64,000 nt of DNA from Thermoanaerobaculia bacterium (GTDB lineage: Bacteria; Acidobacteriota; Thermoanaerobaculia; Multivoradales; Multivoraceae). Both the position numbers and the translations under genes were made by a program. The stretch covers positions 2,848,001 to 2,912,000 of the forward strand of contig OY761158.1 of NCBI GenBank assembly GCA_963664405.1, given 5' to 3'. Below are positions 42,555-52,866 of the stretch, one piece after another (position 1 is the stretch's first letter; every line of letters starts with the position of its first letter). The notes under the pieces were generated by a model. It saw only the letters and a list, made by a program, of their open reading frames with translations, ran no database searches and was not told the DNA's origin.

Positions 42555-43273
42555 CGTCTCCCGCTCTTAGGCGCCCTCGGTACTTGTAATGGGCTCTGAG
42601 GGTTGTGGCCAGAGCGAGGTACGTGCCACCGATCCGCGAGGCCAGAACCGTCGTTATCGATTGCTGCGCCGGCAATCTGGCAGGGGCAGGTCGACTGCAT
42701 GAGGATTCGTCTATACATGTGGTGATCGATCTTGTACGTCAGATGTACATGTTCGATCTCGGTACCCATGAGGGGCGTCGCGACGCCACCTTTTCAATAT
42801 TCGGCTGGCAGTGCGACACGAAGGAGGAATCTGATGACCTGATCGAAAGACAGAGATAGGAGACCTCTGGGTCTCGAAGGCCGGCGGGTGAGAGTCCCGC
42901 CCGGGGAGTTGTCGGTACACCCCGGTAGCCGCCGGAGCAGTCGATGCGGGTGACCGTCCGGCTGAAGCCTCCGGAAGATCTGGATTAAGTCCAGAGGGCA
43001 AAGGTGCAGGCCGCAACGTGAGTGAACCCTGAGAAGGCCCCGAAAGTTACTCGCTGGAGCCGACCCTCCTGCCATAAGGGGAAGGCCGCCGCTCGGCGGA
43101 GGAGCAACCGACCGTTGAATCCGTCGAATCCAGCCGGGGTAGTGGGGGTGGCATGTACCGAAGGTCTTTGAGGCAACGTGTGAGACCCAGATCGGTGGCG
43201 GGTTGCGACCGCCAACCGGGAAGGCGTAAAAGGTCGTTCTCGGGCCGGTGTGGGAGTCGGAGGGGCTCGAAGT

Positions 43274-44598
43274 GTGCGCCAGGCAGCGCGTTGATCGGGA
43301 GGGTTTGAGTCCCTCCGGCGCTCGGATGAGGGGCGTCGTATCCAAAAGCGGGGGTAATGCCTCGCTGGCCGAAGAGGGAGACAGGTATGGAGAGCTCTAA
43401 ACGGGCACGAAAGGGAAACCTGGAAACAGCCAAGGGCGACCTGAAGCCGTCTCTCGTGAGACTTCGGAGGGCAGGGTGCTCACCGCGAGGTGAGATCCGA
43501 AGGGCTTGCGGAGAAGTACCGGGCCGTAGTCGATGGGGGCCACCCCGAAGACGAACCGGTCGGCCAAAGGTGGGACAAGGTCGAGCCTGCAGTTTGGAGG
43601 CGAAGGCGTTTCTCATTCACCCACCGCACCAAGGTGTTTGCGGACGGCACGGTACGGAAGATCAGCGTGTGACCCTGGGAGAGCTCGGACGCGGACCTGA
43701 GGGATTTCTTCGGGAGCGTTGATCACGAGAAGCTCTTGACGCTCGTGGCCCAACGGGTTTCGGACGGTCGGGTGCTGAGGGTTTTGCGCTCAGTACTCAA
43801 AGCCGGGAGCTACGGGGAGGGTCGCCTGTTTCCGACCGAGCGTGGGACTCCGCAGGGCGGGGTCGTATCGCCCTTGCTGAGCAACATTCTTCTGACTCCT
43901 TTTGATCAGGAGATGCGACGCAGAGGGTTTCGACTCACGCGGTATGCCGACGACTGGGTCCTCACTTCTTCGACCGTGGCTGAGGCTCGTAGAGCCTTGG
44001 CTGTGGCGACGAGGATCTTGGAGCGGCTCGGTGTCACAATGAATCCGCAGAAGACACGGATCGTGCAAGTGAAGTTTGGTTTCGAGTTTCTCGGGTACAA
44101 GATCAAGCTCGGCAAGCAGCTTCGGCTGCCGCGGGCGAAGATCCGCAGCGGTGCCCTTTCGGGCGCCCTGTATGCCTACCCGACTCAGAAGTCGATCCAG
44201 CATTTCAAGCAGCAGATTCGTGGCCGAACGCGGCGGAAGGCACCGGTTACCACCGAGCAGCTGATCGAAGACCTGAATCCGGTCCTGCGTGGATGGGGGC
44301 ACTACTACAAACGTGCCCACGTCCGAAGGCTCTTCCACCAGCTCGACGCATGGGTGGTGCGGCGCCTCTGGTCGCACCGTCACAAGCGCTGGCGTTGCAA
44401 GGGGTGGGACAGCCTGCCCCGCACCCGGCTGTACGGCGAGATGGGCTTGGTGAACCTTGTCGGTCTGATTCCTTCCATCGACTCCTCCCCTAAGGGGGCG
44501 TCTTCGTGAAAGCCGGATGCGGGAAATCTGCACGTCCGGTTTGAGCGGCGGACGGAGGCTAGCCCGTGGGTGAGTGCGGGCGCCTCCTCCGACCCGAC
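43274..44598 (+). mobile_element. Inner group II intron (internally deleted) carrying an RT/maturase remnant
   Basis: 5' GTGCGCCAGG at 43274; DV aagccggatgcgggaaatctgcacgtccggttt 44510-44542; DVI ends …gacccgAC at 44598. Confidence 0.88.
43688..44509 (+). pseudogene. ltrA: Group II intron reverse transcriptase/maturase, N-terminally deleted (RT3-7 plus X domain, no endonuclease domain)
   Basis: DADLRDFFGSVDH, GTPQGGVVSPLLSNI, RYADD, FEFLG, LNPVLRGWGHYY; RT0-2 absent. Confidence 0.88.
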
Positions 44599-45215
44599 AC
44601 TGATGAAGCCGGGTAACTCCGGTGGAGGGAAGGAGCCCTAGTTCTGGTGCGCTTTGGAAGGAGAAGGAGACCGGGATTGACGCAAAGTCTAGGAACCGAA
44701 TGAGTCAAACGACTCCGGAAGAAGCTCTGTGACAAGACCAAGCGAGAGGACGGTACAAGCTCCGATCGCAAGGAGCCGCCCGGCTAGATCGGGACCGAGG
44801 GGATCGACTCGCGAATGCCTCGTCGTGAAGCCAGTCCGGGAGCCGTGTGCGGGAGAACCGCAAGTACGGTTCGATGAGAGGCGGCGGGAAACGGAGCCAA
44901 GGTCTGGACAGTGAGGCACTCGCAACCGAAAGGGCGAGAAACAGACGGGCCTGACCTACAGCCACCGCGCCCGCCGTCGACTCCACCTTCGGGCCGTCCA
45001 TCCATCGTCGAGCTCGGGGAACGTAAGGATCGGTGTTATGGCCGGGTCCCTTTTCGGGTTCCGCAGAGGAATCGAAGTCCTCCCGTATCACCTCGAAGTC
45101 CTTGACTTTTCTTTCCAAGTTGCTGAGCGTTGCGCTCTCGTAGTGGCATGGGCGTAGACTAGCCTCACTCTCAGCCGACTCGAAATCTCGAAGGTCCATC
45201 AATGAGGAGGTCCAG

Positions 45216-46319
45216 ATGAGGTCGTTCGAATCTTTGTCTTTCGGCGCGTACAGAGCCGGCGCGCTCGCGGCGGCCGTCTTGGTGGCCGGCTCGCACGCGA
45301 GCTGGGCTCAGGCGGATGGCATCGCCCGCACGTCCAGCGGCCGGCCCGACTTCTCGGGCACCTACAACGCCGCGACGCTGACGCCGCTGGTTCGGCCCGT
45401 AGAGCTCGGTGATCGGCTCAGCCTGACCGATGAGGAGGCTGAGGTCATCGCCAAGCGCAAGGCCGAGGTTTACGCGGCCGATCTGGCGCCGAGCGATCCC
45501 AACAGGGAAGCGCCGCCGGTAGGTGGTACACGTGTCTTCGACACCGATATCAGCCAGAGTGCCTGCGGCGGCAGCGGTGGCTACAACGCCTTCTTCATGG
45601 ACAAGGGCGATCTCTCGCTGAAGATCGACGGGGAGTGGCGCACTTCGATTCTCGTCGAGCCGCGCAACGGGCAGCTGCCGAAGAGGACGCCCGAGGCCCG
45701 GGCGCGCTCTGCCGAGACGGCCCGCCGCTTCGGTCGTCCGAACACCGGCACCGCGTGGTGGATAGACGAAGAGAGCGGTCCCTACGACGACATGGAAGAT
45801 CGTCCCGCCGCCGAGCGCTGTCTGCTCGGCTTCACCGGTGCGACCCCGACCTTCCCCGCCCTCTACAACAACCACAAGCAGATCGTGCAGACCGACGACT
45901 CCCTCATGATCCTCATCGAGATGGTGCACGATGCGCGAATCGTGCGCCTGAGCTCGAATGGGCGTGCCGAAGCGCACCCGCCGACCCAGATCAAGAAGTG
46001 GCTCGGCGACTCGATCGGCTGGTGGGAGGGCGATACGCTGGTGGTCGAAAGCACCAACTTCCTTCCCGGTTCGCAGGGCCGCGGCGGCTCCGAGAAGATG
46101 ACCGTCACCGAGCGTTTCACGAAGCTAGAGGACGGCGACATTCTCTACCGCTTCACGGTCGACGACCCGACCGTCTGGAGCGAACCGTGGACGGGTGAGT
46201 ACATCTGGAGGGCGACCGGCGAGCGCGTCTATGAGTACGCGTGCCACGAGGGCAACTACGCCATGGGCAACATCATGCGTGGCGCTCGTCTGCTCGAGCG
46301 GGAGGCGCTATCAGAATAG
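45216..46319 (+). CDS. Conserved secreted hypothetical protein
   Basis: GAGGAGG RBS; signal peptide; GRPDFSG, ERC, GDSIGWWEGDTLVVES, YEYACHEGN. Confidence 0.85.
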   Translation: MRSFESLSFGAYRAGALAAAVLVAGSHASWAQADGIARTSSGRPDFSGTYNAATLTPLVRPVELGDRLSLTDEEAEVIAKRKAEVYAADLAPSDPNREAPPVGGTRVFDTDISQSACGGSGGYNAFFMDKGDLSLKIDGEWRTSILVEPRNGQLPKRTPEARARSAETARRFGRPNTGTAWWIDEESGPYDDMEDRPAAERCLLGFTGATPTFPALYNNHKQIVQTDDSLMILIEMVHDARIVRLSSNGRAEAHPPTQIKKWLGDSIGWWEGDTLVVESTNFLPGSQGRGGSEKMTVTERFTKLEDGDILYRFTVDDPTVWSEPWTGEYIWRATGERVYEYACHEGNYAMGNIMRGARLLEREALSE

Positions 46320-46533
46320 GACGCTCAGGTGGCAGTGCGACGTCGGCAGAGCAACGAGACACCCTCAGCGGAGCATGTCGAGTACGTCGACTTCGCCGTC
46401 GTCGTCAGTGGCATCCAAGTAGACCTGGATCTGGTCAATCGATAACTTGCGCCCGATAAGTAGCACTGACCACCAGCGTCGGAACACGACAGCGTACCCC
46501 TAGAGTAAGCGACATTCCCAGTGGAGTAGCGCT

Positions 46534-48020
46534 CTAGAATCCAGACTTTGAAGTCTTCAGGTGGCTTCCACCAGGAGAGCTCTCGGGGGCTTTCAGGGAA
46601 AACGAATATACGGTTGCCTCGTGAAACGCGAATTGAAGCCGGGCCCGCTTCGCCCTGATCCCGTCCAGTGCATTATCGTCCAGCCACCGCACGTCCGCGT
46701 CCGATACCGTACTCGTCAGCGGCTCGCTTTCAGCTAACACCTGGTTCGCCTCGCCCAGAACACGCACTACGAGTTTGCCTCCGTTTGCGATATCCGCCGA
46801 CACTCGGAGCGAAGCCTTCCCGTCAAAGACAGGCGCTGTCGTTACCGTCGCCGGCTCCGCCACGTCCGACGCTTTGTACCCGGCGAAACCGTCGGGACGC
46901 AGCGTCGCCAAGCAGAGAGACCCGTTTCGCCAGCTAGTGTGAAGCCCGTCGCTCCCACCATAGTACAAGCGAATTTCGTTCTCCAGGAAGACCGGATACG
47001 CCGCAGGGTACACGCAACCCCAGTCATAATCGCCTTCTTCATCACTATTGGGGATAAGCGGGGTTCCGGGAAGAACACGGTGCCACGTCTTTGTGTCCGG
47101 ACTCCACGTCAACTCTGCCCAGACCCGGTCCGTATCCTGATCGTGAATGGCCAGCAGGCCGATATACACACCGCCGTGATAGAAGACGGGCATCGCGTAG
47201 GTCTGATGGTTCGCGTCCAACCCCTCCAAAACAACCTGAGTCTTCTCCCAATTCAGGAAATCGGCGCTCGACGTCCATGCAACCTGACGCCCCAATGGTT
47301 TTCCCCATTCGCGAGTTATCCCTACATACCTTCCCAGTGTTGGCGCCCAGAAGGCGTTATTGTGAGTGTCGCCTGCGCTATCTGCTTCGGGACAGGCTAT
47401 GGCCGGACCCCAATGGATACCGTTGGCAGAAAACGCTACCGAGAGGATCTCAGACTTGAGAAAGGCCTTGTAGCGACGATTCGGATCGGGATCCCGAAGG
47501 TCTTTTAAAATCCCTGTACCATGAGGCCCTTCCTGAAGTGCGTAAGTATCTCCGCCGCCCCGCCACAGAATATTGTTGGCCTTGCTCCCCTCGTATTCGA
47601 CAAGCCCCAACTCGGGCTTGACCCAAGTTATGCCGTCTTTCGAAGTGGCATAGCAGATCGCCATTTCCCGGTTGCGAGGCGGTCTATATTTTAGTTCTCT
47701 TCGCTGTTCGAGGGTCATCCCCTTTGCGGAATGGTCAACGACAAAGGGCTGTACCAGGACTTGTATATTTGTTCCTCGTCGTCGTAAATGACGTTGGCAT
47801 AGAGGTTGTCGAAGCGCTTCTCCCACGGTTTATCCTCACCGAACAGAGGATTGCCGCCATACTTCTCGACGGTCCCAAGAGTGAGCTCCGCGTTCTGCGC
47901 ATCTTCCACAATCCGAGCATCAAGCAGGAGATACCGCCGCTGCTCCAACTCCTCCGCAAAACTGGAAGAGCCATACACCAGACCGGCCAAGAGCATGCAG
48001 TGCAGTCGTTTCATCGACAT
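46534..48020 (-). pseudogene. Secreted beta-propeller glycoside-hydrolase-like protein, one frameshift near 47745
   Basis: NPLF..DKPWE…YKSWY in one frame; CYATSKDGITWVKP.LG, LYYGG, LRPDGF in the next; one missing C (agc cc- ttt). Confidence 0.7.
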
Positions 48021-48196
48021 CAGTCAACATCCTTCCCAAAAGGTCGGCATTGACGATCTACGCCGGCCTGTCGTAGCCAGATGTCCGTGTCATCGTCGGA
48101 CCGATGGCGTGACGACGTGACGAATTCAGCCGAGAGCGTCACAATCTCGAGTCCTTGTCCATCAGCTAAAGCGAACATCTAGGAACCACACGCAAA

Positions 48197-49093
48197 CTAG
48201 AATGGATCTTTCCGCGTAATCTTGAAAACGTACGCGTTGTCGCAGGGCTTCTCGTTCGGCACCTCGACTTCCAAGCCTTCCCGGGTCATGGACCAGTTCA
48301 ATTCCTTGTCGATGCCCAGCATTCTGACGGATTCGATCTCGCCGGGGTAGAGTCTCTTTATGGACTTGAAGCTCGACGTCCGATCCTGGTCAAACCGGAT
48401 TATGGCTTTCTCTTCGGGCATTCCAAGGAAGGTGGCATAGAGGAGGTTTCCCCGGCAGGTGAACCGGATGTCGTCGGCCGTATACTCTACCTCGTGGTGT
48501 TCACTGAACGTTCCTGCCGATTCCATCTCTGTCGGTCCTTCCCCGTAGGATACCCAGGGCATGGTTTCGAATACGGCTTCGCCGTTTATTTTCAGCCACG
48601 CTCCCATCCCCTCTAAACATTTCTTTGCGCCATCGGGGATGGATCCGTCGGCTTTGGGGCCCACATTGAGCAGGAGGTATTCCCCGGTAATGTCCCGCAT
48701 GGGCCCCATCTTGGCCGAATTCCATTCATTGACCTTGCTGTCCCACATGGAAAAGCCGTCGTGGTGCTCGGCAACCGGCCCGGCAAAGCGCGCTCCGGAA
48801 GACTTAAAGATCTCCGCCCACTCGTCGGCATCGAACTTTTCCGCTTTGAACATGGGGATGAAGTCCTTGTAGCCGAATTCCGACACCGGTCCATAGGTCT
48901 TTTCGTGATGCTCGGCTTGGTTGTTGCCGGATCGATAGATGTTATGGGGATACCAGGTACCGTTGGGGCCGCAGGCGGGCACCGAGTAAATGCCCCAATG
49001 GGTGTAGATGCCGAACTTGTCATCCCGAAGCCACTTTGGTGTGATGTGGTTCCGCAATGATGCCCAGCTGGGCTCGTATGTTGCCATGGCCAT
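48197..49093 (-). pseudogene. Alpha-L-fucosidase (GH29) with a large in-frame internal deletion
   Basis: KFGIYTHWGIYSVP and AEHHDGF…GPMRDITGE are joined directly to YLLLNVGP; the central region with the WxD nucleophile is missing. Confidence 0.85.
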
Positions 49094-49489
49094 TGCTCCT
49101 ATTGTCTGGTCAACCTTGAGGGGTGAGCGAATGTAATCGCTGCCATCAAGTTAAGATCTTCATGCTGCCTTGTCTGGGCATTGTCACGTTAACGAATCCT
49201 ATCCGGCAATAGTCCCATCGGCTCCTACAACGGCGTCGACACCTTCACCCAGACCAGCGGCGATGTCACAGCGACGGTGCGCTCGCTGCAGGCCCCCGAC
49301 TCGTTTGACGTGATCGATTGCTTTGATGGTTGCGAGAATAGGTCGAGGTACTTCGTGGCGGAGGTCGGCCTCGATGAATAGCCGGCGGGGATTCGCAGCC
49401 GAGGGGCGGGACGTGTCTCGCCCCGAACGCCACGAGATCCCGTATGTGGTGCCAGCGCCGAGCGACGACTGAAAGGAGGAGCGAGAAGC

Positions 49490-49565
49490 TGGTAGCGCAT
49501 ACGGGATTCGAACCCGTGTTACCGGCGTGAGAGGCCGGCGTCCTAGACCCCTAGACGAATGCGCC
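49490..49565 (-). tRNA. tRNA-Glu (anticodon CTC)
   Basis: Cloverleaf GGCGCAT…ATGCGCT-A-CCA; anticodon arm CCGGC-CTCTCAC-GCCGG; T-arm GGTTCGAATCC; 76 nt. Confidence 0.97.
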
Positions 49566-49648
49566 CAAGTAACAACCAGCGGCGCAAAGTAGCATAGATT
49601 CGTGCCGCCCTTCAAGCAAGAGCGACGCTTGGACTTGCAGCCACGGAT

Positions 49649-50375
49649 GTGAACTTGCGCAGCTTCCTTCCGCTGGCGGTCGTACTGGTCCTCGCCGCAC
49701 TGCTGTGGGCGCCGTCCCTCCTCGGCGACTTCGTCTACGACGATCACTACCTCATCGTCGACAGCCCGGCCGTGCGCAGCTCCGGCCAGGTAACGGCGGC
49801 TTTCACCCGCGACTACTAACGGCCAGCGCGACCCACATCGCGGCCTCGGCTACTACAGGCCGGTCACCCTTCTCAGCCATTGGGCCGATTGGGCGATGCG
49901 GGGAGCCTGGCCTTTCGGACACCACCTCACCAGTCTTCTTCTACATCTGTTAGCGATCTCCCTTCTCTACGTCTTCGTTTTCGAAACTTTCGGCCGGCAC
50001 CCTCTCGCGCTACTAGGAGGCGCCTCTTCTCGAGTTCTCGCTGCACGTCCCTTTCCTGCTTCTCGGCGATCACCTGCGGAACCTTCTGCTGCCGCCGCTG
50101 GGAATCCTCCTCGAGCCCCCGGTAGGCCGGCTGCCCTGGTTGCTCGACCTCGGTAGCCTGGCGCTCTGTGGCCTCGCTCTCGCCCGCCTGCCCGATCGCA
50201 AGGTCGCCGGATGGGGCGCTGTCTGGCTGGTCACCCACCTGCCGATTCCCGGGCTCGTTGGCCTCGAGAGTGTGGTCGATGACCGCTTCCGCTACCCTCC
50301 TTCAATCGGCTTTTCTGGTGGTGGCGGCGTGGATCGAGACCTATCTGGAGCAGCGTCGTGCTCCTGGCCGCGCGA
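49649..50375 (+). pseudogene. Degenerate paralogue of the TMTC-like gene at 55474-56991
   Basis: VNLRSFLPLAVVL…GDFVYDDHYLIVD aligns to MKERSYLPLAVVL…; frameshift ~49818; ~0.3-kb deletion ~50013; frameshift ~50315; TPR part missing. Confidence 0.9.
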
Positions 50376-50837
50376 CGAGTGGGTCGGGCGCCACGTAGGC
50401 ATCTGCCCCCCTCGAGAGCGACAGGCTTCCCGGCGCCCAAAGAACAACGCTATCCCTTCCCCTAGATCGAATCATGCCAGATGACGCTACTTCAGGTACC
50501 ATGCCTGCGCGGAACGCATCGCTGCACTTTTCTTCAGGTGCAGTGGGAGCGCTATCCCGATGGGAGCAGGGGAAGACACGAATGGATCATAAATGCCATC
50601 AGGCGGGGCTTTTCGCCCACGCCTACGCCGGACCTCAGCGAATCTGCAGACACTTGGAGCTCTCGTACTGTACGACCTCCACGAGAACAGCGGGTCTCAC
50701 TTGGAGAGATCCTCATCTATTGAGCCCGCATGACAGGGAGGGAAGTCAATGAGCAATATTAGGATGCCTATCAAAAAAGGTGAGCAAGAATCGTCTATCC
50801 ACGCGAGCCGCTATCCCCTCTTACAGCAAGACACACG

Positions 50838-51743
50838 ATGAAAGATTCCAGCCATCCTGTTGACGAAACCAACATAACGACCGCGCTGTTGCTAGCTGCG
50901 GGCACTGGATCTCGCCTGCGACCCTTGACCCTCGACTCGCCTAAGTGCCTTACAGAAGTTGGTGGAAACACTATTCTTGGCCGATTGGTGAATAGTCTCC
51001 GCTCGCAGGGCATTACGCGACTGGTCGTAGTAACGGGATATCTTGACCATTGTGTTCGCGAGTTTCTCCAAGACCATGCGGCCGATATGAAGATTGATTA
51101 CGTCTTCAACACAATCTATCAAACGACCAATAATATCTACTCCCTGTGGCTTGCACGACACGCGATGCAGGATCCATTCGTGCTATTAGAGAGTGATTTG
51201 GTGTTTGAGGAGTCAATGCTAGCGGGCATGCTAACGGCAGACAAAATCGCAGTTTCACAGCTTCTGCCATGGATGAATGGCACAACTGTCGAGCTCGATG
51301 ATCAGGATCGCGTCGCAGCTTTCCACGCCTCAGGCAGCGTGAGGAGCTCGCTCAAGTATAAGACCGTCAACATCTACAGTCTGTCCTTGTTGAGTTGGCG
51401 ACAGATCACAGAGCGATTGGATCTCTATGTCGGTGAAGGTCGCGTAGGTGAGTATTATGAAGCAGTGTTTGCCGAGATGGTGGCCGAGAGAGTGCTCGCG
51501 TTCGACGCCGTCTTCTTTGACAAAGATCGATGGTACGAAGTCGATAGCGTAATGGATCTCGACAATGCAGAGAAGATATTTGGTGCCTCTCCTCGGGCCC
51601 CACATTCTGAGCGATTGTTTCAGCCCCTGGGGGTTGATATTGCAGAGTCCGTGCCCGTAGCGGAGCCGCCCCTGCCTAGCGTGTACCCCCCGCGCAGCCA
51701 GCTGCGCGCGCACCGGCAGCGACCAACTCTGCCACATGAGTAG
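50838..51743 (+). CDS. Phosphocholine-cytidylyltransferase (LicC)-like NTP transferase
   Basis: LLAAGTGSRL.P.T...PKCL, TNNIYSLWLA, ESDL, WYEVD. Confidence 0.88.
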   Translation: MKDSSHPVDETNITTALLLAAGTGSRLRPLTLDSPKCLTEVGGNTILGRLVNSLRSQGITRLVVVTGYLDHCVREFLQDHAADMKIDYVFNTIYQTTNNIYSLWLARHAMQDPFVLLESDLVFEESMLAGMLTADKIAVSQLLPWMNGTTVELDDQDRVAAFHASGSVRSSLKYKTVNIYSLSLLSWRQITERLDLYVGEGRVGEYYEAVFAEMVAERVLAFDAVFFDKDRWYEVDSVMDLDNAEKIFGASPRAPHSERLFQPLGVDIAESVPVAEPPLPSVYPPRSQLRAHRQRPTLPHE

Positions 51744-52866
51744 GAAGATTCAATTAGTCCAGAGTGACGAGCGAATCACTAGGGAACGCCAATACACATC
51801 ACTAGCCACGGATCATGGTGGATACTGGCGGCATGGTTTCGTTGATCATGCCTACCTCTATAATCTGTATTTTCCACCGCCGCGGTTCTTCGAGCTTCTC
51901 ACCACCCAGATTCACGAGCTGGTCCTAAACTACCCGGTAGGACAGGGTGTACTGGCCGAGCTGGTCGGTGACCTCATCGGCCAATCGCCGGAGAGAATTG
52001 TTGTTGGCAACGGGGCCGCAGAGCTTATCAAGATCCTCTCGGCGCACATCGCTGACACCCTAATTGTGCCCGTTCCGTCGTTCAATGAATATGTGAACGC
52101 TGCCTCAGCGGGAAAGGTCGTTGAAAGTGGCCTCCCATGTCCTTCATTCCAACTGGACGTGGACAAGTTTGCAGCTGAGGCCGCTCACTGCGAGGCTGAT
52201 GTCGCAGTGGTGGTGACCCCCAATAACCCGACGTCATTGCTGGTACCCAAGGCCGAGCTTATCCACCTGCTGGAGAAGTTGGCCGGCCATGACTGTATGT
52301 TGATCGTCGATGAATCCTTTATTGACTTTTCACCGAAGCCCGAGGAAGCAACGTTGGAACCGGAGATAGCCCACTACCCTAACCTCGCGATCTTCAAGAG
52401 CCTGAGTAAGGCCTATGGTATCTGTGGCCTGCGGATCGGTTACATGCTTACAGCCAATGCCGACTTTGCCGTGAAGGTGCGCCGGGGCCTGTCGATCTGG
52501 AATCTTAACGGGCTAGCCGAGGCTTTTCTGCGCGAAGCACCTACCTATCGCGGAGAGTTCAAGACCAGCTGCGCCAAAGTGCGAGCTGATCGGGATCGTT
52601 TCTATGAAGAGTTGTGCACCATCGAGGGATTGTCTGTTTACCCGCCGGCTGCCAACTATATCTTTTGTCGGGTTCCCGACCATGCTCCTCTCGGACCTGA
52701 GATCGCCAGGCGATTGTTTGTAGATCATCATGTGTACATTAAGGACTGCGAGGGCAAGACCATGCCCGACGGGAGCCGATATCTTCGTATTGCGAGCCGG
52801 ACTCAAAGTGAGAATGGGAGGCTGGTGAAGGTACTTGGGGAGATCGTCGGAGCTAAGAGCGCGTGA
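51736..52866 (+). CDS. Class I/II PLP enzyme (HisC/CobD-like aminotransferase or phospho-amino acid decarboxylase)
   Basis: HGGYWR, GNGAAE, PNNPT, VDESF, KSLSKAYGICGLRIGY. Confidence 0.88.
   Translation: MSRKIQLVQSDERITRERQYTSLATDHGGYWRHGFVDHAYLYNLYFPPPRFFELLTTQIHELVLNYPVGQGVLAELVGDLIGQSPERIVVGNGAAELIKILSAHIADTLIVPVPSFNEYVNAASAGKVVESGLPCPSFQLDVDKFAAEAAHCEADVAVVVTPNNPTSLLVPKAELIHLLEKLAGHDCMLIVDESFIDFSPKPEEATLEPEIAHYPNLAIFKSLSKAYGICGLRIGYMLTANADFAVKVRRGLSIWNLNGLAEAFLREAPTYRGEFKTSCAKVRADRDRFYEELCTIEGLSVYPPAANYIFCRVPDHAPLGPEIARRLFVDHHVYIKDCEGKTMPDGSRYLRIASRTQSENGRLVKVLGEIVGAKSA

Larger units (their letters stand above)
42811..44986 (+). mobile_element. Outer group II intron, ORF-less, interrupted by a second group II intron
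   Basis: 5' GTGCGACACG at 42811; DI-like sequence to 43273; DII/DIII (actgatgaagccgggtaactccggtggagggaagg) resumes at 44599; DV gagccgtgtgcgggagaaccgcaagtacggttc 44840-44872; DVI ends …gactccAC at 44986. Confidence 0.88.

Noticed and set aside
43688-44509. Reverse transcriptase as part of a DGR, retron or CRISPR-RT system
   Set aside because: It has a maturase X domain and is followed directly by group II DV/DVI; no TR/VR pair with adenine-specific mismatches, msr-msd or cas genes were seen
42600-45170. Host gene interrupted by the outer intron
   Set aside because: Joining 42810 to 44987 gave only short, unrecognisable reading frames in the frames examined on both strands
46500-46538. CTAGAG…CTCTAG as a third copy of the palindromic element
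   Set aside because: Only a 6-bp inverted repeat and no shared core
49126-49146. LacI-type operator (tgtaatcgctgcca) upstream of the fucosidase
   Set aside because: Single imperfect palindrome and no regulator nearby; too weak to call
46320-49489. Integrase-type genomic island at the tRNA-Glu 3' end
   Set aside because: No integrase and no duplicated tRNA 3' end (att) found by eye; only compositional hints
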